Origin: Chloroflexota bacterium
Lineage (GTDB): Bacteria > Chloroflexota > Limnocylindria > QHBO01
NCBI GenBank assembly: GCA_005879775.1
Contig: VBJX01000023.1
Location: 1 to 32,037, forward strand
Reading direction: 5' to 3'
Length of the DNA stretch: 32,037 bases
Part shown: positions 6,743 to 15,846 of the stretch, one piece after another
How the letters are laid out: each line of letters starts with the position of its first letter
Position numbering within the stretch: the stretch's first letter is position 1
The notes under the pieces: generated by a model
What the model was told of the DNA's origin: nothing
The model's database searches: none
Seen by the model: only the letters and a program-made list of their open reading frames with translations
Position numbers and translations under genes: made by a program

Positions 6743-9700
6743 ATGACCAGCCAGGATCCGCCTGAGGAGTCGCCGGTCGAGCGCGCCCTGGAGAGCGTGA
6801 ACGCCGGCTACGTGGCGGAGATGCGGGAGCGCTTCCTGCAGGACCCGGCCTCGGTCGACGACGAGTGGCGGGCGCTCTTCGAGCCGCGCATCAGCGGCCC
6901 GGAGACCCAGGCGATTGCCGGTTCCGCCGAGGGGGCGGGCGCCGACGGAGGATCGACCACCGGGACCGAGGCGACCATCAGCGAGCTCCCGGCCGGTGCG
7001 ACGCCGCTGGCCGGAGCCGCCGCACGGCTGGCATCGAACATGACGGCATCCCTGGCCGTGCCCACCGCCACCAGCTTCCGGGAGATGGAGGTTTCCGTCC
7101 TCGATGCCCGGCGCCGGGAGCTGAACGAGCAGCTCGCGCCGCGCAAGCTGACGTTCACTCATCTCATCGGCTGGGCGCTGGTGCGCGCCGCGAACGAGCA
7201 GCCCGCCATGAACCATCACTTCAACGAGGCCGATGGAAGGGCGTTTCGGGTCGACCCGGGTGCATTGAACCTGGGGCTGGCAGTCGATGTCGAGCGTCCC
7301 GACGGCAGCCGGACCTTGATCGTGCCGGTGGTGCGGAGGGCCGACAGCCTCGACTTCCCGGCTTTCCACGCTCGATGCGACGAGCTGATCGAGCGCGCCC
7401 GCGCCGCACGCCTGGCCCCTGACGACGTGAGCGGAGCCACGATCACCCTCACCAACCCCGGGACCCTGGGGACGACCGCATCGGTGGCGCGTCTGATGCC
7501 CGGGCAGGGCGCCATCCTGGCAACCGGCGCGATCCGCCAGGCAGGTGGCCGGCGCCTGATGACCATCAGCTCGACATATGACCACCGCATCATCCAGGGA
7601 GCCGAGTCCGGCGCCTTCCTGCGGCGCATCGAGCAGCTGCTCGGCGGCGCTGACCGCTTCTACGAGGAGATCGCCGCCTCACTGAGCGTCGGGCTCGGCC
7701 GGGTCCCTGAGTCTGGGCCCGATGCGGACCTCCGCGCGGTCGCCGCCGGCATGGCGCTCGTATCGGCCTACCGCTCGCACGGGCACCTGGCAGCGCAGCT
7801 GGATCCGCTGGGGAGCGCCCCTCCCGGCGATCCGTCGCTCGATCCGGCGTCGCTGGGGCTGAGCGAAGAGGCCATGGCCCGGATCCCGTCGGACCTGCTG
7901 CGCATCAGCGTCCCCGGCGCAACCCTGGCCGAGGCGCTTCCCGCGCTGCAGGCAACCTACTGTGGGTCGGTCGCTTACGAGGTGGAGCACATCGGCAGCC
8001 ACGAAGAGCGAGTCTGGCTGCGGGAGCGGATCGAGTCGGGAGCCCACCGGCAGCCCTTCTCCAAGGAGGCGCAGGGAGCGCTCCTGCGGCGGCTGAGCGA
8101 AGTGGAGGGGCTGGAGCGCTTCCTGCACAAGGCCTACCTGGGCCAGAAGCGCTTCAGCATCGAGGGGCTGGACATGATGGTCCCCATGCTCGAGCAGATC
8201 CTCTCCGATGCCCGGGCGGCTGGAGCACGCGACGGGGTGATCGGCATGGCGCACCGCGGCCGGCTGAACGTGCTGGCGAACGTGGTGGGGGTGAGCAAGG
8301 AGGCGCTCCTCGCCGAGTTCGAGGCCGGACGGGCCGGCACGGATGCCAAGGTCCCGCGCGGCGGCCTCGACGACGTCAAGTATCACCTCGGCTCGTCAGG
8401 CAGCTACGAGACCATTGCAGGCGCAATCGAGGTCACCCTGTCTCCCAACCCGAGCCACCTCGAGGCAGTCAACCCGGTGGTGGAAGGGCGCGCGCGGGCA
8501 CAGCAGTCGGACCGCAGCGGGCCGATGGTCAAGGTCGACCCCGACCGGACACTCCCCATCCTGATCCACGGCGACGCCGCCTTCGCCGCCCAGGGCGTCG
8601 TGGCCGAGACCTTCAACCTTGCGCGCCTGGCCGGCTACACGACCGGCGGGACCGTCCACCTGATCGCCAACAACCAGATCGGCTTCACCACCGAGCCCGG
8701 CGACGCACGATCAACCGACTACTCGAGCGACCTGGCGAAAGGCTTCGACGTCCCGATCGTCCATGTCAACGGCGACGATCCGGAGGCCTGCCTGGCGGCC
8801 GCCCGCCTGGCGATGATGTACCGCGAGCGATTCCACGCCGACGTCGTGATCGACCTCGTCGGCTACCGGCGCTACGGGCACAACGAGGGCGACGAGCCGG
8901 CGTACACCCAGCCGATCACCGCCGCCGCGATCGCGAACCACCCCAGCGTGCGCGAGCGGTATCGGTCGATCCTGGTGGAGGCCGGGGCAGTCTCGGCTGA
9001 AGAGGCGGATGGCTGGGCGACGGAGGTCGCCCAGGATCTGGCCGCCAGGCAGGCCGCCGTCCGCAAGGGCCATGAAGAGCCGCAGCTCGACCGGGGATCG
9101 GAGGCGATCGAGATCGAGGAGGGGGGCGAGCCGGTCACCGCGGTCGAGGAGGCCACCCTGCGGCGCCTGAACGATGAGCTGCACAGCTGGCCAGAGGGCT
9201 TCAACGTCAATCCGAAGCTTGCCAGGCAGATCGAGCGGCGCCGCGTTGCGCTCGACGGCTCGGAAGCCAGGATCGAGTGGGGCCATGCCGAGTCGCTGGC
9301 CCTCGCCTCGCTGGTGGTGCAGGGGGTGCCGGTGCGCCTCACCGGACAGGACACGGTGCGTGGCACCTTCAGCCAGCGACATGCAGCCCTCCACGACGCG
9401 AAGACCGGAAACGTCCACGTGCCGATCCAGAAGCTGTCGGGAGCGGCCGCAAGCATGGAGCTGCACAACAGCCCGCTCTCAGAGTACGCGTGCCTCGGCT
9501 TCGAGTACGGCTACGCGGTCACTGCCCCCGAGGCGCTCGTCATCTGGGAGGCGCAGTACGGGGACTTCGTCAACGGCGCCGAGATCATCATCGACCAGTT
9601 CCTGATCGCCGGGCTCGCCAAGTGGCGGCAGAGCTCGCGCCTGACCCTCCTCCTGCCCCACGGCTATGAGGGCCAGGGGCCTGAGCATTCCTCGGCGCGA

Positions 9701-10309
9701 CTCGAGCGCTTCCTGGCGCTGGGGGCAGAGGGCAACATCCGGGTCATCTACCCCACCACCCCGGCCCAGTACTTCCACCTGCTGCGGCGGCAGGGGCTGC
9801 ATGGCGACCTGCGGCCGCTGGTGGTGATGACCCCAAAGTCGCTACTGCGGCTGCCGCAGTCGGCCTCGAGCCTGGCTGAGTTGAGCGAGGGCGTCTTTGC
9901 ATCGGTTCTGGATGACCCACGCACCGCCTCGCCGGAGGCTGCCGACGCGGTCCGGCGCGTGATCCTGTGCAGCGGCAAGATCTACTACGACCTCACCACC
10001 GCGCCGTTGCGCGACGAGCAGGCCGACCTGGCGATCGTGCGTGTCGAGCGCCTCTACCCGTTCCCCGACGAGCAGCTGGAGCCGGTCCTGGCCCGCTATC
10101 CGAAGGCCGAGCGGGTCGCCTGGGTGCAGGAGGAGCCGCGCAACATGGGCGCACGCAAGTTCGTGCTGCCCAAGATCCGCCACCTCGTCCCGTTCCGCAC
10201 CCCACTGGGCGACATCAGCCGGCCGGAGCGCTCCCGTCCGGCGGAAGGCTATCCCGCCTCACACCTCGAGGAGCAGGCCCGCATCGTGCGCGAGGCGCTC
10301 ACCAGCTAG
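6743..10309 (+). CDS. kgd: Multifunctional 2-oxoglutarate dehydrogenase E1 fused to an E2-like acyltransferase domain (Kgd/OdhA type)
   Basis: 1188 aa. The N-terminal SVNAGYVAEMRERFLQDPASVDDEWRALF is the 2-oxoglutarate dehydrogenase N motif. An internal 2-oxoacid acyltransferase catalytic region ends with STYDHRIIQGAESGAFLRRIEQLL. An E1 ThDP region follows (RFSIEGLDMMVPML, GMAHRGRLNVLANV, HGDAAFAAQG). Confidence 0.95.
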   Translation: MTSQDPPEESPVERALESVNAGYVAEMRERFLQDPASVDDEWRALFEPRISGPETQAIAGSAEGAGADGGSTTGTEATISELPAGATPLAGAAARLASNMTASLAVPTATSFREMEVSVLDARRRELNEQLAPRKLTFTHLIGWALVRAANEQPAMNHHFNEADGRAFRVDPGALNLGLAVDVERPDGSRTLIVPVVRRADSLDFPAFHARCDELIERARAARLAPDDVSGATITLTNPGTLGTTASVARLMPGQGAILATGAIRQAGGRRLMTISSTYDHRIIQGAESGAFLRRIEQLLGGADRFYEEIAASLSVGLGRVPESGPDADLRAVAAGMALVSAYRSHGHLAAQLDPLGSAPPGDPSLDPASLGLSEEAMARIPSDLLRISVPGATLAEALPALQATYCGSVAYEVEHIGSHEERVWLRERIESGAHRQPFSKEAQGALLRRLSEVEGLERFLHKAYLGQKRFSIEGLDMMVPMLEQILSDARAAGARDGVIGMAHRGRLNVLANVVGVSKEALLAEFEAGRAGTDAKVPRGGLDDVKYHLGSSGSYETIAGAIEVTLSPNPSHLEAVNPVVEGRARAQQSDRSGPMVKVDPDRTLPILIHGDAAFAAQGVVAETFNLARLAGYTTGGTVHLIANNQIGFTTEPGDARSTDYSSDLAKGFDVPIVHVNGDDPEACLAAARLAMMYRERFHADVVIDLVGYRRYGHNEGDEPAYTQPITAAAIANHPSVRERYRSILVEAGAVSAEEADGWATEVAQDLAARQAAVRKGHEEPQLDRGSEAIEIEEGGEPVTAVEEATLRRLNDELHSWPEGFNVNPKLARQIERRRVALDGSEARIEWGHAESLALASLVVQGVPVRLTGQDTVRGTFSQRHAALHDAKTGNVHVPIQKLSGAAASMELHNSPLSEYACLGFEYGYAVTAPEALVIWEAQYGDFVNGAEIIIDQFLIAGLAKWRQSSRLTLLLPHGYEGQGPEHSSARLERFLALGAEGNIRVIYPTTPAQYFHLLRRQGLHGDLRPLVVMTPKSLLRLPQSASSLAELSEGVFASVLDDPRTASPEAADAVRRVILCSGKIYYDLTTAPLRDEQADLAIVRVERLYPFPDEQLEPVLARYPKAERVAWVQEEPRNMGARKFVLPKIRHLVPFRTPLGDISRPERSRPAEGYPASHLEEQARIVREALTS

Positions 10310-10323
10310 GGGTTGCGCCCGGC

Positions 10324-11046
10324 CTACGCCGTGTCCGGCGCCGGCGCGGTGGAGCCTCCGAAGAGCCGGACAGCGATCCCCAGCAATAAGCCGACCACAA
10401 CGGTCGCCAGCGGGGTGATCGAGCCGAGCGGCAGGAACGCCAGGGTTACGAGCAGGATGGCGGCGCCAAGTCCAAACAGGAGGCCACCCACGACCGCCCC
10501 GGGCCAGGAGCCTCGCCAGCCATACCAGGCCAGCAGCAGCCCGACCAGCAGGATCACGATGCCGGCCCAGAACGGGATCGTGGCCAGCGGGTCGCCGTTG
10601 ACCTTCATCCAGCCGCTGCCATCGCACGCCCCGCCGGTCCCCGAGATTGCCCCACTGACGTAGTAGAGGCCGGTGAAGCGGAACGGTACGTTGGCGCCGA
10701 CATCCACCGTCCCGTCGCCGTTCGTATCGCCCGCCTCGTTCGCGTCGCTGCCGCTCAGCGTGGTCGGCAGCCGAAAGATGTCGACGTGCCAGCGGTGATT
10801 GGTGATCACCAGCCCACCCATTGTGCCGTTCCATTCGACGGTGCCGGCCCAGTCGATGAGGAACGGATTGTCCTGGGTCGAATCGGGTGCGCCACTGGCC
10901 GCGGAATCGATCTGAATCTTGTTGGCGTCCAGCGAGGTGAGCGCCAGTGTGCAGTTCGTGAGACCAAAGGCGCCCGCGCTGGCCGGCAGGGCGAGGAGCG
11001 CTGCCGGGATCGCGAGGGTCGCGAGGAGTCGCATGACGGGTCGCAT
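10324..11046 (-). CDS. Secreted/membrane-anchored hypothetical protein (signal peptide plus C-terminal TM helices)
   Basis: ATG 11046 has GGGAGG 8 nt upstream. The N-terminus is MRPVMRLLATLAIPAALLALPASAGA and the C-terminus has about 3 hydrophobic helices. Confidence 0.65.
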   Translation of the reverse strand: MRPVMRLLATLAIPAALLALPASAGAFGLTNCTLALTSLDANKIQIDSAASGAPDSTQDNPFLIDWAGTVEWNGTMGGLVITNHRWHVDIFRLPTTLSGSDANEAGDTNGDGTVDVGANVPFRFTGLYYVSGAISGTGGACDGSGWMKVNGDPLATIPFWAGIVILLVGLLLAWYGWRGSWPGAVVGGLLFGLGAAILLVTLAFLPLGSITPLATVVVGLLLGIAVRLFGGSTAPAPDTA

Positions 11047-11141
11047 GGGCGTTGCCTCCCATCGGCGTGTCCACGATCCTACGCCGCCCGGCCGGGAGGC
11101 GCCAACCGAGCCAGAGCTCTTGATGCGGTACCCTGCCGCGC

Positions 11142-12359
11142 ATGCTGCGCGATGCCCTCGCCGCCTTCCAACCCGAGCAGATCGAGTTCATCGCGAATCC
11201 CTATCCGGCCTACGACGAGCTGCGGCGCGCCGGCCGCATCCACTACGACGAGCGGACCGACCATTGGCTGGTGACCCGCCACGCCGATGTCAACGCGCTC
11301 CTGCGCGATCGACGCTTCGGCCGCACCTACCTCCAGGTGGCCACCCACGCCGAGATGGGACGTCCGGAGGAGACCGACTGGCACGCGCCCTTCTGGCACG
11401 TGATCCGCAACGGCATGCTCGATCGCGAGCCGCCCGATCACACCCGTCTGCGCAGCCTCGTCTCCAGGGCGTTCACGCCAAAGCGCGTGGCCGAGCTGCT
11501 GCCAACCATCCAGGGGATCGTCGACCGCCTCGTCGACGAGGGGATGGCCGTCGGAGAGTTCGATCTGCTGGCGACGGTGCTGGAGCCGCTTCCGGTGACC
11601 GTCATCGCCGAGCTGCTCGGCGTGCCGGAGGCGGATCGCCACCTGCTGCGCCCCTGGTCCGCCGAGATCTGCCTCATGTACGAGCTCAATCCTTCCGACG
11701 ACTATGCCCGCCGCGCGGTGCGCGCCAGCATCGAGTTTGGCGACTACCTGCGCGAGCTCTCTCGCTCGCGTCGCGCCCACCCGGGCGCGGACCTGATCAG
11801 CGCGCTCGGCCAGGTGGTGGACGGAGGGGACCGGCTGACCGAGGACGAGCTGATCGGCACCTGCGTTCTCCTCCTCAACGCGGGGCACGAGGCGAGCGTC
11901 AACGGCTCCGGGAACGGCTGGTGGGCGCTCTTCCGCAACCCGGCTCAGCTGGCGCTGCTGCGCGGGGAGCCGCCGATCCTGCCGACGGCCATCGAGGAGC
12001 TGCTTCGCTTCGACACTCCCCTCCAGCTGTTCGAGCGCTGGGTGCTTGAGGAGTCGGAGATCTGCGGTGTCACGGTGCCGAAGGGAGCCGAGCTGGGGCT
12101 TCTCTTCGGGTCTGCCAACCGCGACCCCGATGTCTTCGCCGATCCGGATCTGCTCGACCTGCGGCGAGAGCCGAACCCGCACATCAGCTTCGGCGCCGGA
12201 GTTCACTTCTGCCTCGGCGCACCGCTCGCCCGGCTCGAGATGCAGGTCGCCTTCGAGACGATCCTGCGCCGGATGCCGCGTCTCGAGCTGGTCGCCGAGC
12301 CGGAATGGAAGCCGACCTACATCATCCGCGGCCTCCGCTCGCTTCCTGTCCGCGCGTGA
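11142..12359 (+). CDS. Cytochrome P450
   Basis: Heme-binding loop FGAGVHFCLGAPLA, an EELLRF (ExxR) motif and an I-helix-like LLLNAGHEAS are present. Confidence 0.92.
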   Translation: MLRDALAAFQPEQIEFIANPYPAYDELRRAGRIHYDERTDHWLVTRHADVNALLRDRRFGRTYLQVATHAEMGRPEETDWHAPFWHVIRNGMLDREPPDHTRLRSLVSRAFTPKRVAELLPTIQGIVDRLVDEGMAVGEFDLLATVLEPLPVTVIAELLGVPEADRHLLRPWSAEICLMYELNPSDDYARRAVRASIEFGDYLRELSRSRRAHPGADLISALGQVVDGGDRLTEDELIGTCVLLLNAGHEASVNGSGNGWWALFRNPAQLALLRGEPPILPTAIEELLRFDTPLQLFERWVLEESEICGVTVPKGAELGLLFGSANRDPDVFADPDLLDLRREPNPHISFGAGVHFCLGAPLARLEMQVAFETILRRMPRLELVAEPEWKPTYIIRGLRSLPVRA

Positions 12360-12931
12360 TCGACCAGCGTCCGCGCTGTCCGTGGGGCAGCGGCGACCCC
12401 CTCAACCTGGCGTACCACGACACCGAATGGGGCGTGCCGATCCACGATGATCGGCACCTGTTCGAGCTGCTCAGCCTGGAGGGGGCGCAGGCCGGACTGT
12501 CGTGGACGACGATCCTCCGCAAGCGAGACGGCTATCGGCGCGCGTTCGAAGCGTGGGAGATCGAGCGGATCGCGGCCTACGGGCCGGACGACGAGGCTCG
12601 CCTGCTCGCCGATCCGGGGATCATTCGCAATCGCGCCAAGGTGCGGGCCGTCATCGGCAACGCGAGGGCCTACCTCTCGCTGGCCGATGCGCCGGACGCC
12701 TTCGACCGATACCTGTGGTCGTTCGTCGATGACGCACCAGTCGTCAACGCGTGGACGACGATGGGAACGGTCCCGGCCGAGACCGATGCCTCCCGCTCCC
12801 TCTCCCGCGACCTGAAGCGTCGCGGGTTTGCCTTCGTGGGACCCACCATCGCCTACGCCTTCATGCAGAGCGCCGGCCTGGTCAACGACCACCTGGTGAG
12901 CTGTTTCCGCCATGCCGAGCTGGCAGGGTAG
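12356..12931 (+). CDS. tag: DNA-3-methyladenine glycosylase I
   Basis: RCPWGSGDPLNLAYHDTEWGVPIHDDRHLFELLSLEGAQAGLSWTTIL matches the Tag family. GTG 12356 overlaps the P450 stop (GTGA) and gives a Tag-sized 191-aa product. The track start at 12305 would add a non-homologous extension. Confidence 0.9.
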   Translation: MIDQRPRCPWGSGDPLNLAYHDTEWGVPIHDDRHLFELLSLEGAQAGLSWTTILRKRDGYRRAFEAWEIERIAAYGPDDEARLLADPGIIRNRAKVRAVIGNARAYLSLADAPDAFDRYLWSFVDDAPVVNAWTTMGTVPAETDASRSLSRDLKRRGFAFVGPTIAYAFMQSAGLVNDHLVSCFRHAELAG

Positions 12932-12952
12932 GGCTCCCTATACTCGGGCGAC

Positions 12953-13882
12953 ATGTCGCCCATCGCCTCGGTCGAGGTGCCGGCCAGCAGTGCCAACCTG
13001 GGAAGCGGAGCCGGCTGCTTCGCCGCGGCCCTGAGCCTGAAGCTGCGCGCCGAGCTCTTCCCGGGGGATCAGGCCGGCATCCTGCTCGACAGCCGGGGAG
13101 AGGGAGCTCCCGGCCCTGACGACGACCCGGACGACAACCTGCTGATGCGCGCCTTCCGCGAGGGGCTGCGCGCCGCCAGGGGTGCCGGGCAGGGGGCGGG
13201 GGCCTGGCGGATCGAGGTGAGCAGCATGATCCCGGCCGCTCGAGGCCTGGGGAGCAGCGCGGCGGCGATCGTGGCCGGGCTGCTGCTCGGGGCGGCCGCC
13301 GGCCGGCAGGCGCCGAGCGCCGACGAGCTGCTGGCCCTGGCGGCGGCCCTGGAGGGTCACCCCGAGAGCGTGGCGGCGGCGCTCTACGGCGGAATCACGC
13401 TGGCGGTCGCGCAGGGGATCGGCGAGGCGCCGGTCCTGCGCCGGTTCCGAGTCCCCGAGGCCTGGATCCCGGTCCTGTTCGTCGCAGCCACGACCTCGAA
13501 CTCGCGGCCGCCAACGCCTGGCGCGGTGAGCGTCGACGAGGCGGAGCGCGCCCTGGCCCGTGCCGCGCTGCTGGCCACCGCGGTGATCACGTCGGATGCC
13601 GGCCTCCTGAACACGGCCATGGACGACCGCCTCCGGCAGCCGCAGCGCCTGCTGAGCATGCCGGGAACGGGCGAGCTGATCCAGCTGGCGCAGCAGCGCG
13701 GGGCCGCGGGGGCGGCCCTCTCGGGTGGAGGGCCGAGCGTGCTGGCCATCTGCGATTCTCCGATCAGCGCCCACTCGGTCGAGAAGGCGTGGAACGCAGC
13801 GGGCCTGCCAGGCATGGCGACACGGCTGCGCTTCGACACCGGAGGGGCGCGCCTTCACGCCGGCGTTGCGGCCGAGCGATGA
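12953..13882 (+). CDS. thrB: Homoserine kinase (GHMP kinase)
   Basis: VEVPASSANLGSGAGCFAAAL and the GHMP motif IPAARGLGSSAAAIVAGL are present, and the size (309 aa) fits. Confidence 0.85.
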   Translation: MSPIASVEVPASSANLGSGAGCFAAALSLKLRAELFPGDQAGILLDSRGEGAPGPDDDPDDNLLMRAFREGLRAARGAGQGAGAWRIEVSSMIPAARGLGSSAAAIVAGLLLGAAAGRQAPSADELLALAAALEGHPESVAAALYGGITLAVAQGIGEAPVLRRFRVPEAWIPVLFVAATTSNSRPPTPGAVSVDEAERALARAALLATAVITSDAGLLNTAMDDRLRQPQRLLSMPGTGELIQLAQQRGAAGAALSGGGPSVLAICDSPISAHSVEKAWNAAGLPGMATRLRFDTGGARLHAGVAAER

Positions 13883-15846
13883 GCCTCGTCACCCTGGCCG
13901 GGATCGCCAAGAGGCACGGCACCCAGCACCTCTTCGACGGTGTGAGCCTGCAGGTTCCGACCGGGCGGCGCATCGCCATCGTGGGACCAAACGGTGCCGG
14001 CAAGACGACCCTGCTCGAGATCATCACCGGTGACCAGGAGGCCGACGTCGGCAGCGTGGCGCGCGCCAAGGACCTGGTGATTGGCTACCTGCGCCAGGAG
14101 GTGGCCCAGGCACAGGGTCGCAGCGTGCTGGCGGAGGTGGTCGCCGGCGCCGGCGCGGTGTCGGGCATTGAACGACGCATGCGCCATATCGAGGCGGAGC
14201 TGGCCGAGTCCGGCGCGGAGGACGGGCTGCAGGAGCTGATCGACGAGTACGGTCGGCTGCAGCACCGCTTCGAGCAGCTCGGCGGCTGGTCGCTGGAGGC
14301 CGAGGGGCGCCGCATCCTCGGCGGGCTCGGCTTCGCCGCAGCCGACATCGACCGCGACATCGGCCAGTTCTCCGGAGGCTGGATGATGCGGGTGGCCATC
14401 GCCAGGCTGCTGCTCGCCAACCCGGATCTGCTGCTCCTCGACGAGCCGACCAACCACCTCGACCTGGCATCGGTCGAGTGGCTGCAGGAATTCCTTGCCG
14501 AGTACGCAGGCGCGATCGTGCTCGTCAGCCACGACCGCGACTTCATCAACGCCGTCGTGAACCGGGTGGCGGAGCTGAACCACGGCCAGCTGACCGAGTA
14601 TGTCGGCGACTTCGCCGACTTCGTCGAGCAGCGCGACGAGCGGATCGCCCAGCTCGAGATGCTCGCCAAGTCGCAGGGCCGGACCATCGCCCGCATCGAG
14701 CGCTACATCGAGCGATTCCGCTACAAGAAGGACAAGGCAAGGCAGGTCCAGAGCCGGATCAAGCAGGTGGCGCGCATCGAGCGGATCGAGGTGCCGACCA
14801 ACCGCACCAAGTCGGTCAGGTTCCGCTTCCCCCAGCCGCCGCGCAGCGGCCGGGTGGTCATCACCCTGGATGGGATCGTCAAGCGCTACGGCCCCCACAC
14901 CGTCTACGACGGCCTCGACCTGGTCCTGGAGCGTGGCCAGAAGGTGGCCCTCATCGGCCCGAACGGAGCCGGCAAGAGCACCCTCCTGAAGATCCTGGCC
15001 GGCGTGCTGGAGTTCGAGGGCGGGAAGCGCGAGCTGGGCAGCAACGTGCGAGTCGCCTACTTCGCGCAGCACCAGATCGATGCCCTGAACCCCGCCAACA
15101 CTGTCTTCGAGGAGCTGGCGGGGGCCGCCACGCGAATGAGCACCGCCGAGATGCGCCGGCTGCTGGGCGCCTTCCTCTTCTCCGGCGACGCGATCGAGAA
15201 GAAGGTCGAGATCCTCTCCGGGGGCGAGCAGACGCGCCTGGCGCTGGCCAAGCTGATGGCCGATCCGGCGAACCTGCTCTGCCTGGACGAGCCGACCAAC
15301 CACCTGGACATCGCCTCGCGCGACGTGCTTGAGGATGCGCTCAACGCGTTTCCGGGCACGATCGTGCTCATCACCATCATCGAGGTCAACGCTGGCGAGG
15401 CGACCCTCTACCCGGGCGACTTCGAGTACTACGCCGCCAAGCGTGGGCTCGACATCGAGACCCGCGGCGCCGTTGAGGGAGTCGCCACCCCGCGCGGACT
15501 CGAGGCACCGCGCCCTCGGCCCCGTGAGTCGGCGGCTGCCGCGGCGCGCCGCAAGCGGGCAGAGGCCGAGGAGCGCAACCGCCGCTATCGCCGCACGCGC
15601 GACCTGCGGGCGGCCCTCGAACGCGTGGAGGCCACCGCACGGGCCAACGATGCGGAGCTGGCCGACATCGGTGCCAGGCTGGCAGATCCGGCAACCTACG
15701 CCGACCATGCCGCATTCCGGAACCTGATCGAGCGGCACAACACCGCCCGGGAGCGGGGCGACGAGCTGGCCGTCGAATGGGCCAGGCTCACCAGCCAGCT
15801 GGAGGAAGCCGAGAAGGAGGAGGCGCTCACGGGGCCGGCCCGATGA
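13879..15846 (+). CDS. ABC-F family ATPase (two NBDs, C-terminal coiled coil). NBD2 lacks the H-loop segment.
   Basis: ATG 13879 overlaps the thrB stop (ATGA). NBD1 has GPNGAGKTT, FSGGWMMRVAIARLL, LLLLDEPTNHLD and VLVSHDRDF. NBD2 has GPNGAGKST, LSGGEQTRLALAKLM and LLCLDEPTNHLD, but then GTIVLIT-IIEVNAGEA follows. The tail is Arg/Glu-rich. Confidence 0.9.
   Translation: MSLVTLAGIAKRHGTQHLFDGVSLQVPTGRRIAIVGPNGAGKTTLLEIITGDQEADVGSVARAKDLVIGYLRQEVAQAQGRSVLAEVVAGAGAVSGIERRMRHIEAELAESGAEDGLQELIDEYGRLQHRFEQLGGWSLEAEGRRILGGLGFAAADIDRDIGQFSGGWMMRVAIARLLLANPDLLLLDEPTNHLDLASVEWLQEFLAEYAGAIVLVSHDRDFINAVVNRVAELNHGQLTEYVGDFADFVEQRDERIAQLEMLAKSQGRTIARIERYIERFRYKKDKARQVQSRIKQVARIERIEVPTNRTKSVRFRFPQPPRSGRVVITLDGIVKRYGPHTVYDGLDLVLERGQKVALIGPNGAGKSTLLKILAGVLEFEGGKRELGSNVRVAYFAQHQIDALNPANTVFEELAGAATRMSTAEMRRLLGAFLFSGDAIEKKVEILSGGEQTRLALAKLMADPANLLCLDEPTNHLDIASRDVLEDALNAFPGTIVLITIIEVNAGEATLYPGDFEYYAAKRGLDIETRGAVEGVATPRGLEAPRPRPRESAAAAARRKRAEAEERNRRYRRTRDLRAALERVEATARANDAELADIGARLADPATYADHAAFRNLIERHNTARERGDELAVEWARLTSQLEEAEKEEALTGPAR

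Noticed and set aside
13855-15738. 627-aa minus-strand ORF
   Set aside because: It is entirely antisense to the ABC-F gene, which has unambiguous Walker and signature motifs. Its composition is low-complexity (R/G/A/L/D).
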